Source: Promethearchaeota archaeon
GTDB lineage: Archaea; Asgardarchaeota; Thorarchaeia; Thorarchaeales; Thorarchaeaceae
Direction: 5' to 3'
Assembly (NCBI GenBank): GCA_014728035.1
Contig: WJMJ01000131.1
Coordinates: 117,381 to 181,380 of the forward strand
Length of the DNA: 64,000 nt
The notes below the pieces were generated by a model. That model saw nothing but the letters and a program-made list of their open reading frames with translations, did not search any database and was not told the origin of the DNA. Position 1 is the first letter of the stretch, and each line of letters begins with the position of its first letter. This document shows, piece after piece, positions 39,368 to 49,662 of the stretch. The position numbers were made by a program, and so were the translations under genes.

Positions 39368-40003
39368 TCAAATATCACGACATTTTTCACAGCCAGGCCT
39401 TGGACGAAGACCCAACCGCCGCATTATTTTGCCACCAGGTAAATCAGCCGATGTATCTTGTTCAGGAGTAATTTGAACGTCCACTTCTCTTGTTCCAACT
39501 TGCTCAAATCCATATGCCATAATCAACATCTGAGAAGGGGTATTTTCTTCGTAGACCTCACAATAGACCTCTTCAACCCCAGCATCTAGAAAGTATTTTG
39601 ATGCACGTTTTATCAGAGCTGTAGCAATCCCTTTTCTTCTACGAGATGGGAGAACGCCAATACCAGTAATTTCTCCATACACTGAATCCTCTTCCTTTTC
39701 AACAAAACATGCAATGAATCCAGACAGTTTGCCCCATAGTTCTGCTACAAAAATACCCTCGGTATCGAGTTTCTTTGCTTGCTCGAGATTTATGGGGCAA
39801 AATGGGTCAGGAGACGCAAGAAAACATCTGTTGTAAAGGTCTACAAAGGATTCCAAATCATCATGTACCAATTTGCGTACATGAATGTAATTAGGAATAG
39901 TCTTACTATCCCACCATTCTTCAGCCAAGTCTAATGCTACTTTCGCCTCAGCCTTCATTATGAGATAAGAACGGGTGACACCATCCAAGTCAGACTCTGA
40001 CAT
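39368..40003 (-). CDS. GNAT acetyltransferase
   Basis: IGVLPSRRRKGIATAL motif A; N...YGF; C-terminal CEKC. Confidence 0.88.
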   Translation of the reverse strand: MSESDLDGVTRSYLIMKAEAKVALDLAEEWWDSKTIPNYIHVRKLVHDDLESFVDLYNRCFLASPDPFCPINLEQAKKLDTEGIFVAELWGKLSGFIACFVEKEEDSVYGEITGIGVLPSRRRKGIATALIKRASKYFLDAGVEEVYCEVYEENTPSQMLIMAYGFEQVGTREVDVQITPEQDTSADLPGGKIMRRLGLRPRPGCEKCRDI

Positions 40004-40052
40004 CTATCAATCTCCATGTTCAATGAAATATCTACTAATAACAATCTGTCGA

Positions 40053-40823
40053 TTATTCACCCAGTTCAACTATGGAGTCAATAGCATTTACCGTAGCTTG
40101 TATTTCTTTTTTAACAGCTTCAATCAGAAGGGGATGTTGTTCACCTGACTCTTCAGATGTGTCCTCTTGTTCTACCTTTGGGTCAGAATGGAGATTGCCA
40201 TCAACTGCAAGAATAGAGCCAGCAAAGAGTCCTTTCGTATATGCGAACGTATAGAGCAGCGAACTCTCCATTTCGATGCATTTCACCTTTGTACGGGTCC
40301 ACAGGTCTAGTTGGTCAGTATGTTTTGCAGCATAATACACATCACTTGTCCAACAAATACCTTGATGCACTCGTTCTTTGGGCAGAATCTCATTTATTTT
40401 CGAGTACAACGAGTTAAAGACCACGGGAGATGGAACTGCTGGAAATTCGATTGGAGCATAGTTCAAACTTGTTCGTTCGTCTCTTATGCATCCGATGGGA
40501 ACTACGACATCTCCGGTCTTAACAGAGGGGTCAATACCACCACATGAACCAACACGTATTAGATATTTAGCTCCCAGATTTGCCAGCTCTTCAATACAAA
40601 TATGAGTTGAAGGTGTTCCAATTCCAGTTCCAGATATAGTTACAGCAGTTCCTTTCGGGGTATATGCACGATACGTTACAAAACCACGATATCGAACAAT
40701 TTCTTTGGCATCTTTCATCTCAGCTGCAATCTTCGGAACCCGGTCTGGGTTCCCAGTTATGAGGGTGAATTTTTCAACGTCACCTTCACCTACTCGTAGA
40801 TGGGGTTGTATCCTTCTTTTCAT
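40053..40823 (-). CDS. Uridine/purine nucleoside phosphorylase
   Basis: GNPDRV, GIGTPS, RVGSCGG, EMESS. Confidence 0.92.
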   Translation of the reverse strand: MKRRIQPHLRVGEGDVEKFTLITGNPDRVPKIAAEMKDAKEIVRYRGFVTYRAYTPKGTAVTISGTGIGTPSTHICIEELANLGAKYLIRVGSCGGIDPSVKTGDVVVPIGCIRDERTSLNYAPIEFPAVPSPVVFNSLYSKINEILPKERVHQGICWTSDVYYAAKHTDQLDLWTRTKVKCIEMESSLLYTFAYTKGLFAGSILAVDGNLHSDPKVEQEDTSEESGEQHPLLIEAVKKEIQATVNAIDSIVELGE

Positions 40824-40892
40824 CAGCACCACAGCAATATTGGAATGTACTATCTGCTTTTGACTCTTAGGCTCTTTCGTTTTTGGTGAAAA

Positions 40893-41036
40893 TCACCTAT
40901 GAGGAGTTTCAATTTTAGAGATAATACAGTCAAGACATAACCATTTTTCATTGATTAAGAAGGATCGACCAAAAGACGGGGAGCTTGTACTGCAGATATC
41001 ACAGGAACGAAATCGGCTCTCATAATTCTCTGTCAG
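40893..41036 (-). CDS. Possible small C4 zinc-finger protein
   Basis: CDIC...WLCLDC in the C-terminal part of the track ORF; start uncertain. Confidence 0.35.
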   Translation of the reverse strand: MTENYESRFRSCDICSTSSPSFGRSFLINEKWLCLDCIISKIETPHR

Positions 41037-41224
41037 AAAGACAATTAGCAATGAAATCAATTTCTTCCGAGCATGTACATATTGCAAAAGCCCACATCCA
41101 ATGGTAAATACCTCATGGAACCTTATTAGCACCACAAATAAGGTAAATACCAAACATACTTTTGTGCAACCTCCGACATTTTTCCTCGACTGGCAGGTTA
41201 ATACCAGTTAGGACGATGTAGAAA

Positions 41225-41599
41225 ATGAGTGTGGATTTTACATACTACTGTTATCGCTGCGGAGGCAAGAATACGCTTAATCTCCCAGCACCAAATGCAC
41301 CAGCATATCATCACCAAGATTTGACTTGTAATAATTGCGGTGATGGCACAAGAGTTCTTGTAAGTCACTGCCCCAATTGTAGCAACCAATATGTCTACTG
41401 GATAGACGATTTACATATTCCAAATCTGGTACAGGGATTTGCAAAGTATATGGTACATAACATGCAGGCCATGATAGATAAAGCGGCACAACAAGGAGCA
41501 AGAATCAGCATAGACACCCCCGAAAAGTTTCCTATCAATGCAGCATGTCCTTGTGGGGCTAAATTCTCAATCGATATAGAAATTCCAGATTTAGACTGA
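41225..41599 (+). CDS. Multi-cysteine zinc-finger protein
   Basis: CYRC, CNNC, CPNC, CPC. Confidence 0.8.
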   Translation: MSVDFTYYCYRCGGKNTLNLPAPNAPAYHHQDLTCNNCGDGTRVLVSHCPNCSNQYVYWIDDLHIPNLVQGFAKYMVHNMQAMIDKAAQQGARISIDTPEKFPINAACPCGAKFSIDIEIPDLD

Positions 41600-41628
41600 T
41601 ATTCACAAGAGTGGTTCGCGAAAATGAT

Positions 41629-42282
41629 TCAGCAACCACTTTCTTTCCTTTTTTGCATGCCTTTAAGAGAAGAATCACACACAGGACGTACAGGACACTC
41701 TTCACACCGCGAGTTTTTTCTCAGACAAACTAGCGAGACCAGGTCAATAATTCCAAAGTAGAACTGTGGTTTATGCGGTGCTCCGAATGTATTCATAAAT
41801 GACCAAGCTTGTTCATTATACGCATTTTTGAATTGTAATGAAAACACCCGATTTAGAAAATGAAGAATATTCCCATCAACAAGAGGAACTGAATAATGAA
41901 AAGCAAAATTCCTCACTGCATTTGCCACATACTTTCCAACACCTGGAAGGGATACAAGGTCTTTTTCACCGGAGGGAACAAGCGAATCAAAATCGGACTG
42001 GATGATTTTTGCAGTTGTGACAAGATGTTTTGAGCGAGTGTTTTGTAGCCCAAGAGAAGAGATAGTTGTGGACACTATTTCAACATTGGCAGATGCCAAT
42101 TGATCAACAGTTCCATATTCTACAATAAAATCGGAATATAATCTTGCGACTGCTTGAGCAGTGGTACGACGTAGCATCATCTCTGCAATAAGAATATGAA
42201 AAGCATTGTCGGTAGAACGCCATGGAAATGACCGTCCGAATGAGGAGAACCAAGATAGTATTAGTGAGCGAGTGCGGTTCAT
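41629..42282 (-). CDS. HhH-GPD DNA glycosylase, MIG/MutY-like
   Basis: FPWR, EMMLRRTTA, LPGVGKY, VDGN, C-x6-C-x2-C-x5-C Fe-S motif. Confidence 0.88.
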   Translation of the reverse strand: MNRTRSLILSWFSSFGRSFPWRSTDNAFHILIAEMMLRRTTAQAVARLYSDFIVEYGTVDQLASANVEIVSTTISSLGLQNTRSKHLVTTAKIIQSDFDSLVPSGEKDLVSLPGVGKYVANAVRNFAFHYSVPLVDGNILHFLNRVFSLQFKNAYNEQAWSFMNTFGAPHKPQFYFGIIDLVSLVCLRKNSRCEECPVRPVCDSSLKGMQKRKESGC

Positions 42283-42338
42283 TCGCTCATTTGAAACAGG
42301 GAATCTTGTCAGCTGGAATCACCTCGATAACTTGAATT

Positions 42339-42893
42339 TCAGCGGAGAGAATCGATTATTTCAACAACCTCATTTATCGAACTAACTACAGTCACGCCCT
42401 CCATCTTACGCAACTTCTCTACATTTTCCAAATCTATTGCTCTTGTTCGAATTTTCACTTCTTGTTCGTCTGGAGTCAATGTAGTGATTGTGCCAGGGAA
42501 TTGGTCAACAGGAAACAGAATAACACGAGTGCTGCCTTTCAAAGTTTGGGCGACTGCATTAGTAAGAAGAGTATCCTCAATTCCATATGCAATCTTAGCA
42601 GAAGAGTTTGCAGTGAGTGGTGCAACAACCAACAAATCATACTTACCGACCTGTAAGGGCCCAGCGATGAATGGTACATTAGCATTGACTTCAACCTTGA
42701 CAGTATCGAATGCTTGTTTGACTCGATCCCAAAGTTTGTACCAATGAAGAACTTGTTTCCCAGCTTTTGAAATGAATACATCAATTTCTATAGTGGAATC
42801 TTCGAATAAATGCAGCATGGCATCAATAGTCTCTTTGATCTTATCACCTGAGCCAGTTATTCCCCACGCAATCTTCAACGTTATCAAATTCAT
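42339..42893 (-). CDS. afpA: Archaeal flavoprotein AfpA-like (HFCD family)
   Basis: IAWGITGSG, APLTANSSAKIAYGIEDTLLTNAV. Confidence 0.85.
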   Translation of the reverse strand: MNLITLKIAWGITGSGDKIKETIDAMLHLFEDSTIEIDVFISKAGKQVLHWYKLWDRVKQAFDTVKVEVNANVPFIAGPLQVGKYDLLVVAPLTANSSAKIAYGIEDTLLTNAVAQTLKGSTRVILFPVDQFPGTITTLTPDEQEVKIRTRAIDLENVEKLRKMEGVTVVSSINEVVEIIDSLR

Positions 42894-42965
42894 GTGGTAA
42901 TATTCACAAAAATACATACGTATTGGATGAAATCAATTATCAGATAGAGAGTTTATGATATCAAT

Positions 42966-43955
42966 GTGAGTTCTATGAAGAGTGTAAGTGTGGGAATTAC
43001 GACCAACATGCAAATTTCTGCTACATCATGGATTGCAAAGAACGCAAAAAGCCTTGGGGCAAATGGTATTTGGATTGGAGAAGATATAGACCTGGGCCAA
43101 GAGATATTCTCTCTTACTACCTCAACTATTATGCAATCAGAGGGGATCAAAATAGGGACTGGAATAGTTCCAATAACAATACATAACATGTCAACCCTTG
43201 CCCGGGTAGGAAAAACACTCAACATCCTAAGCAATGGGAGATTCATACTAGGATTAGGTATTGGGGGAATCCAAGACCTAAAATCAAAGCAAATTTCGGT
43301 GAACAAACCAGTAACCGCATTGAGAAGAACAGTCCGGAGTTTGCGAAGTCTCTGGAAAGGAAAAACTGTTACAAGTAAACATGAGTATTCACATCTTGAA
43401 GACTACAAACTAAAAATCAAGAGCCCAATGGATATCCCGATTTTTCTTGGTGTGAGGGGTCCTCAGATGTTGAAACTTGCGGGGGAGGAAGCAGATGGAG
43501 TTATTCTTTCAGGCCCAGTTGAGTATTTGAAAAACGCCATAGATATTGTGGACAAATCTGCTGAATCAAACAGAAGACCAATTCCAAAAAAGGTCGGCTG
43601 GTTAGCTACTATTCCAACATCAGACAAGGACGTGAAAATTGCAAAACGAGTTGTGTCGCTCATTGTTGCAGATACTCCACAAAGTGTAATTGAAAAATTG
43701 GATGTTGATTTAGAATTAGTAGAAATAATTAGGCAAAAGGTCTCAAAAGAAGGGCCCAAAGCAGGAATACCGTATGTTACAGAGGAGATGATGGATGTGT
43801 TTGCAGTTAGTGGAACTACCGATCAAATGGTTGACAAATATGAAAATCTCTGGAACATGGGAATCGACGATGTGGTTTTCGGTCCACCGTTTTTTGGGGA
43901 TTGGAGAAACAAAATGAAAGAGGTATTTCAGGAGATTAGAGAAAGAGAAATGTGA
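42966..43955 (+). CDS. LLM-class (Mer-like, F420-dependent) oxidoreductase
   Basis: IKIGTGIV, SNGRFILGLGIG, IFLGVRGPQMLKLAGEEADGV. Confidence 0.88.
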   Translation: MSSMKSVSVGITTNMQISATSWIAKNAKSLGANGIWIGEDIDLGQEIFSLTTSTIMQSEGIKIGTGIVPITIHNMSTLARVGKTLNILSNGRFILGLGIGGIQDLKSKQISVNKPVTALRRTVRSLRSLWKGKTVTSKHEYSHLEDYKLKIKSPMDIPIFLGVRGPQMLKLAGEEADGVILSGPVEYLKNAIDIVDKSAESNRRPIPKKVGWLATIPTSDKDVKIAKRVVSLIVADTPQSVIEKLDVDLELVEIIRQKVSKEGPKAGIPYVTEEMMDVFAVSGTTDQMVDKYENLWNMGIDDVVFGPPFFGDWRNKMKEVFQEIREREM

Positions 43956-43961
43956 GAACAT

Positions 43962-45404
43962 TCAATTGATGTATTGAGATAGGTCTAAACTCTCAGGATT
44001 TGTTGTCCATCTATCATTCTTCTTTTCCCAATGCTTTAACAAATCAAGAGTTGAACGAGACCCTTTTTGTTTAAGGGTCATAATAGACTCGACGGATTCA
44101 ACTCCTTCATATTGTTCTAGATTCCGCATTAGTTGATAGTAATCAACCTGATGATACCCAGGTACCTGAATCCAGACTACAATGCCACGATCGGACAAGT
44201 ATGATAGACTCTTTGGGAAAAGCTCCAAAGCATGGGAGATTCGTTGTATCCATTCGCCATTACAAAGAATCTCAAAACAGAAGTTATTTGGTAATCCAAG
44301 GCTACCCCACGAGGTATGTGGAAGCAAAATCCCATTGCGTTTGCATCGTCTGATAGAACGAGAGATGAAGCGCACATCATACTCAAAATTTCTCAGAGAG
44401 AGAAACTTCTTGATTTCACTTGGAGGGGCCCGGATATCCATACGATACTGACATGAAATTTCAAAATCCGAAACTCGTATTTTAGCATTCTTTCCATTAC
44501 AATATAGAAGATTTGGTTCGATATCTGAAGATAGCATTCCATCGGGATGAAGAAACTGAGTGGCAAGTTCTGGAAATTCCCAAATATCACCAGAGTACAA
44601 ATCCATATTGTAATGAGTACCACAAGCACGCATGGAGTGCACACTCACATGACTGAATATTTCATCTTTTAGCAAATCAATACTACCAATGAAATTTCTA
44701 AAATTAGCTGATGTATAAGGGAACATAAATGTGGCATAGCCATAGTCAGACATTGGTGTTTTGAGTATGGATTTTGTGTGAGGAAACCGTGCGAATCCAT
44801 CCTCAACTATATCCCAAGAAATACCATTCTTTAGCCGAAAGAACATCAAAGATGAATGGATTCCAAATGCACTATTATCAATTAAAGCTTGAAAACGAAG
44901 AGAAAAGTTTTCATTGAGACGTTTAAGAACACGAGAAACTGTTCTAGGAGCAATAGACAGAGATTCTGCTGCTTCAGAAACAGTACTAAGAGGGTTTTTT
45001 TGAAAATATATCAGACTCTCTAAATCAAAAGAAGAAATTGGAACATCATCCATCAGAAATGCAAAGTTCATTGCTGAGCGGATTGCATCAAGATTAGTAA
45101 GATTGTATTTCTTCAATGTTTCAAGATTAGATAGTATTTTTTGGATGTACACATCACGAATGGGAATCATTGTCGGATCCATTGAAACCTTAACAGATTC
45201 AGGATTCGACTTCATTTTCTCAACAAGTTTGACTGCATCTTCTACTGAAAGAGTTCCCGCATAAATTGCCAAGTATATTCTTAGTATGTCTAGATAATAT
45301 TTTGCAGAAGGATCATCTACGGCTGGAATTAGATGGTCGTAGGGTGTAGTATATTGTTCTTGAATACTATCAGTTGTCAATTTTTCTTTCCCTCTTTCTG
45401 ACAA
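43962..45404 (-). CDS. Large Lrp/AsnC-like multi-wHTH regulator
   Basis: NPLSTVSEAAESLSIAPRTVSRVLKRL HTH, RAM-like domains and a second degenerate HTH. Confidence 0.7.
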   Translation of the reverse strand: MSERGKEKLTTDSIQEQYTTPYDHLIPAVDDPSAKYYLDILRIYLAIYAGTLSVEDAVKLVEKMKSNPESVKVSMDPTMIPIRDVYIQKILSNLETLKKYNLTNLDAIRSAMNFAFLMDDVPISSFDLESLIYFQKNPLSTVSEAAESLSIAPRTVSRVLKRLNENFSLRFQALIDNSAFGIHSSLMFFRLKNGISWDIVEDGFARFPHTKSILKTPMSDYGYATFMFPYTSANFRNFIGSIDLLKDEIFSHVSVHSMRACGTHYNMDLYSGDIWEFPELATQFLHPDGMLSSDIEPNLLYCNGKNAKIRVSDFEISCQYRMDIRAPPSEIKKFLSLRNFEYDVRFISRSIRRCKRNGILLPHTSWGSLGLPNNFCFEILCNGEWIQRISHALELFPKSLSYLSDRGIVVWIQVPGYHQVDYYQLMRNLEQYEGVESVESIMTLKQKGSRSTLDLLKHWEKKNDRWTTNPESLDLSQYIN

Positions 45405-45430
45405 GAGATAACCTCGTCATGACAATTTAG

Positions 45431-46462
45431 TCATTTATCGGACGAATGAATCATTTGTTGCACAACCCCTTCTAATCCTTTTCTAATTAAGTCTTCAGAG
45501 ATGACAAAAGGAAACAGGATAGAACCAGAAGGGTCCAAAACAGATACTGTGGTAGATATTGCAAACCAGTCAATTGAAGATGGCAAATCGATGTAAACCA
45601 TTGTAAGGGTATTACCCATTGCCACACGAGTTCTAGGATAACTGTTCAATTGAGCAATAAGAGTTCGTACAACATCAGAAGAAGGAGGTGCCTTGAAAAC
45701 CAAAGCAACCCGTTGTGCAAGATTCAGGCCTGTTAGATGTACATAAGGAGTAACTATTTTTTCTCGTACTTCATTTATTCTACGTCTGATAGTACGGTCT
45801 GATGGTGGTATTACATCAAAGATTTCAAACCAATGTAATACTTCTCGCGTATTTGCAAAATAGTTCTTTTCCAATGCAACTGCAACAATTGACAATTCGA
45901 TATTTGATGGTGATGGAGAGCTTATTTCTACAAGTAGATTTTCAGGAATGATATCAACATAGTCCTTGGTTGCATGGATAACAGCTTCAAGTCTGAAAAA
46001 ATCTGTGATGTTCCAGCTCGTCCCATTAAATCTTCCAAGATTCAAAAACTGACCTTGATGAATCAATGGCGAGAAAAGAAGGGACCCAGACAGAGACTCC
46101 TGAAACTCAGCGAGCTTAGAGCGAAAGTGGCCTACCTTTGGTCCAAGAGGGAATACAGTTTCAAAAATAAGAATGGATTCCATTGATGCTGTTACTGCGG
46201 AAGGTGCAAGAGAAACGACAAATGGGTTTTGCCGTAGCCAATCTTCAACCTCACGTAATTTCAAGGGTTCATCTTGAGTGAAAAAAAGACCAACAAAAGG
46301 AATCAGACCTAATTCACCATAATTAATCATTCCACGTACAGACAGATTATGCACCTGTTCAAGTTGTCGCCATATCTGACTCACTGCTGAACGAGTAATT
46401 CCAAGATCCCTTGCAAGTGCAATCGGTCTTTTGGATGGGTCTAATACTAGACGATTAAGCAA
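45431..46462 (-). CDS. Tandem Lrp/AsnC-like wHTH regulator
   Basis: ALARDLGITRSAVSQIWRQL; second HTH SDRTIRRRI. The start may be ~46498, after GAGGAGG. Confidence 0.7.
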   Translation of the reverse strand: MLNRLVLDPSKRPIALARDLGITRSAVSQIWRQLEQVHNLSVRGMINYGELGLIPFVGLFFTQDEPLKLREVEDWLRQNPFVVSLAPSAVTASMESILIFETVFPLGPKVGHFRSKLAEFQESLSGSLLFSPLIHQGQFLNLGRFNGTSWNITDFFRLEAVIHATKDYVDIIPENLLVEISSPSPSNIELSIVAVALEKNYFANTREVLHWFEIFDVIPPSDRTIRRRINEVREKIVTPYVHLTGLNLAQRVALVFKAPPSSDVVRTLIAQLNSYPRTRVAMGNTLTMVYIDLPSSIDWFAISTTVSVLDPSGSILFPFVISEDLIRKGLEGVVQQMIHSSDK

Positions 46463-47085
46463 CTTCAGCTCTGATGAGGTTAGAGTTCGAGTGATGATAG
46501 TGCCCTCCTCAAATGACCATTTGTTTAGTTGACACCAATATAAACTGTCGTGTTCTTGTAAATACTATTTGTTTCAAGTTTGAGGGTATAATAGAATCAA
46601 GCTAGAAGGCATCTCCATGCATTTCTACAGTCTTGTTATCTGAACGACTCATTATAGTATAGAGGACACTCATTCTATATCATGACATGAATCATGCGTA
46701 GTGTTTCTAGTATTCACTATCGATGCAAATGTCACGACTCCGAATAGGTAATTGAGGAGGTGAACTAGAATAACTGTTGACCATATCAAAGCTGCAATCG
46801 AAGAGATGACGGACAATCGAACTCTACTAAGATTACTATCGATTGGGATTGTGAAGGGAGTTTCACTAATTGTGCAAGTGCCCTGTGAGGATGTTTGTCC
46901 CTTTTGAGATGTATATTCTTAGAGAGAAAAGATGGCATCAACTCGTAGTAGTTTTGTGGTAAAATTACCAATTCGGGGATTCACATTCAAAATGGAGGAG
47001 AGAACAGAATGAATCCTGATGAAAATCCAGAAACTGAGCCATGGTAAGAAATGAATCAAAAATAGAAAATGAATGGAGTGATTGA

Positions 47086-47340
47086 ATGATAAGATCAGAC
47101 CTAGCATTGAACCCAATCATAAATGCAGATATGCAAGAGAACGGCAGAGAGGTAGATATCTACAATGATCCAAAAGTTGTTAGATTGGTGGCATTAAATC
47201 TTGAACTAGCAGTGAAAAATTTAATGGCGTCACATAACCCACCAGAGTGTCTTGTTCTAACTGCAGAAATTTGTACTCATAGATTGTTTGCAATGCCAAC
47301 AAAAAATGGAGATGTAAAAGTAATAGTATTCGAACTTTAG
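47086..47340 (+). CDS. Small hypothetical protein
   Basis: 84-aa ORF with GGAGTGA SD and plausible composition. Confidence 0.65.
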   Translation: MIRSDLALNPIINADMQENGREVDIYNDPKVVRLVALNLELAVKNLMASHNPPECLVLTAEICTHRLFAMPTKNGDVKVIVFEL

Positions 47341-47497
47341 AAATCCGAAAAATTTGGGAGAGTACAACTCTCCCACAAATTCTCTTTTTATAAATCAACA
47401 CGAGAGGTGAATAAATAGCTCGGCGTGAAATTATGATGTGAGCTTTCAGATAAGATAGTCGATCATTAGTAAGCATCAAAAAATCAAGGTTTCAATT

Positions 47498-48886
47498 ATG
47501 ACCGAGGTAACACAGGAAGCAGTACCAACAGCCAAAGATAATGAAGTTTCCAAAATTGACCAGAAATCAAATCATTGCGCTGAACAACAAGTAGTAGGTA
47601 TTAGAGAAGCACTAAAAGAAATATTTGCTTGGAAGAACTACAAGATATACGTCAGCACTGCTTGGGTATTCAATGCGTTCTTTGTCATGCAAGTCTATCT
47701 GAATCTCTACTTACGTTACATCGGATGGGACTACCTAACAATAGGAGTTGTCACGTCAATTTCTATTTTTGCAATCACTATTACTAGGTTTTTGAGTGGA
47801 TACGTTGGGGATACCGTTGACAGAAAAATGCTATCTGTTTCAGCAATGGTTATGATGGGGATATACTTTCTTCTGATGGGAATATCTACCGAATTTCTGA
47901 TAGTTTTTACAGCTCTACTTGTTTACTCTTTACAAGATATTGCACGAGGGGGATCGTCAGCATATATCATGGAAAACATACCCAAAAAACATGGAGGATT
48001 AGCAGTATCGATGTTTAAAATTGGAGGGGCATTTGGCATCCTAACTCTAATTGTATTCGGTATGCTAATTCCAGTACTTGGTTTTGTTGATGGATTCAGA
48101 GTCATATCGATTACAGGAGGGGTATTGCTTCTTGTTTGCAGCTGTATTAGAGCAAAATATCTTGACGCTAGCGAAAAACAAGAGTCCTCTATTGAACTCT
48201 CAATATTAAGGGATTTTATTAGTGAGAATAAACGAGCAGCCATACTGGCAATGAAAGTGATGCCAGGTGTACTTATCATAATGGCTCTTGATGCTACCAG
48301 TGACAATCTTTTTCGATTCGCCTCATTAATCTATACAAACGAATTTCTAGGAGTTTCTGTTGATTCTATTAATCTAATGATTCTTTTACCATTATTCATT
48401 TCAATACCACTTCTTTTAAAAATAGGAAGATTTAGTGACACGAAAGGAATCAAAAAAGCAGCAATGCGCATTTATGCCATTATGCCAATTTGTGCATTAT
48501 TGCTTGTGATTGCACCAATAATTCCAATATGGCTGCCACTTGAAAATATAGCATCTTTACATCTTGTATTTGGACTCGAAGTTGTTTTCACCACGCCATT
48601 TCTAGCTCTCGCATTGAAATCGTTGAATGATATCTTGTGGGGAGTGCTCATTTTCACAATCATCCAAAAGAATCTTCCTAAAAGAGATACTGCCAAAACA
48701 TTAGGAATTGTAACAATAATAGGATATCTAGCAAGTGGACTCGCACCGTCGATAGGCGGAATTCTTTTTACATTCTTCAATCCAACCATGTTATTCTTTG
48801 TTGTGATTGGTTTGAACATGATAATTCTGATTGTGATAGCCAAGATACCATTAGAAACAAACACATCATTGATTGAAAGCACGTAA
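47498..48886 (+). CDS. MFS transporter
   Basis: 12 TM helices; GYVGDTVDRK and GRFSDTKGIK motif A. Confidence 0.9.
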   Translation: MTEVTQEAVPTAKDNEVSKIDQKSNHCAEQQVVGIREALKEIFAWKNYKIYVSTAWVFNAFFVMQVYLNLYLRYIGWDYLTIGVVTSISIFAITITRFLSGYVGDTVDRKMLSVSAMVMMGIYFLLMGISTEFLIVFTALLVYSLQDIARGGSSAYIMENIPKKHGGLAVSMFKIGGAFGILTLIVFGMLIPVLGFVDGFRVISITGGVLLLVCSCIRAKYLDASEKQESSIELSILRDFISENKRAAILAMKVMPGVLIIMALDATSDNLFRFASLIYTNEFLGVSVDSINLMILLPLFISIPLLLKIGRFSDTKGIKKAAMRIYAIMPICALLLVIAPIIPIWLPLENIASLHLVFGLEVVFTTPFLALALKSLNDILWGVLIFTIIQKNLPKRDTAKTLGIVTIIGYLASGLAPSIGGILFTFFNPTMLFFVVIGLNMIILIVIAKIPLETNTSLIEST

Positions 48887-48940
48887 TTTATCACCCACTG
48901 GCATAACCGTAGTACTGCAATAAGACTGAGAGAGATATGA

Positions 48941-49576
48941 ATGAACGCTGAAAGAAATGCCCAGATAGTGTTAGATGCTCTCAAAAAAGTATATCCTGAT
49001 GCACCCAAGACATACCTGAATTGGGATAATCCGTTCCAACTACTAATATCCACTATACTATCAGCAAATACTACAGATGCATGTGTCAACAAAGTCACAC
49101 CTAACCTATTCAAAAACTATCCTACTCCAAGAAAACTGATGAACGCATCTCAAGAGGACGTAATAGAACTGATTCGGCCATGCGGAACATACAATAGAAA
49201 ATCAGAATATATCATAAGTTCGGCTAGAATGCTGGTAGAAGAATTTGAGGGCAAGGTTCCAAAGAGTATGAATGATCTAGTAAAACTCAAAGGGGTTTCA
49301 AGAAAGACTGCAAATGTCGTACTCTCGGTAGCTTTTGGAATTAATGAAGGAATAGTTGTTGATACACATGTGAAAAGGGTATCAAAACGACTGGGACTCA
49401 CTGAAGAAAAATATCCAAAAAAAGTGGAAAGAGATTTGATTGCAATACTACCAGAATCTCTATGGTATGAATATGCTCGTCTTATTGGAGCACACGGACG
49501 ACAGACATGTAGTGCTCGTTCACCAGATTGTTCAAATTGCGCTGTGAATGAAATATGTCCTTCAGCACAAATATAG
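48941..49576 (+). CDS. nth: Endonuclease III
   Basis: LLISTILSANTTD, LKGVSRKTANVVL, VDTHVKR, C-x6-C-x2-C-x5-C. Confidence 0.95.
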   Translation: MNAERNAQIVLDALKKVYPDAPKTYLNWDNPFQLLISTILSANTTDACVNKVTPNLFKNYPTPRKLMNASQEDVIELIRPCGTYNRKSEYIISSARMLVEEFEGKVPKSMNDLVKLKGVSRKTANVVLSVAFGINEGIVVDTHVKRVSKRLGLTEEKYPKKVERDLIAILPESLWYEYARLIGAHGRQTCSARSPDCSNCAVNEICPSAQI

Positions 49577-49662
49577 AAATGTCGTCAAGACGTGAAACTG
49601 AAAAGGGGAGTAATTTCTCACAATACATACATCTTGATAGAAAATTCAAAGGTGATTATCTG

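Noticed and set aside
46890-46925. Selenocysteine read-through at the TGA after CEDVCPF
   Set aside because: Not a CxxU context, a TAG follows after four more codons, and no SECIS was recognised.
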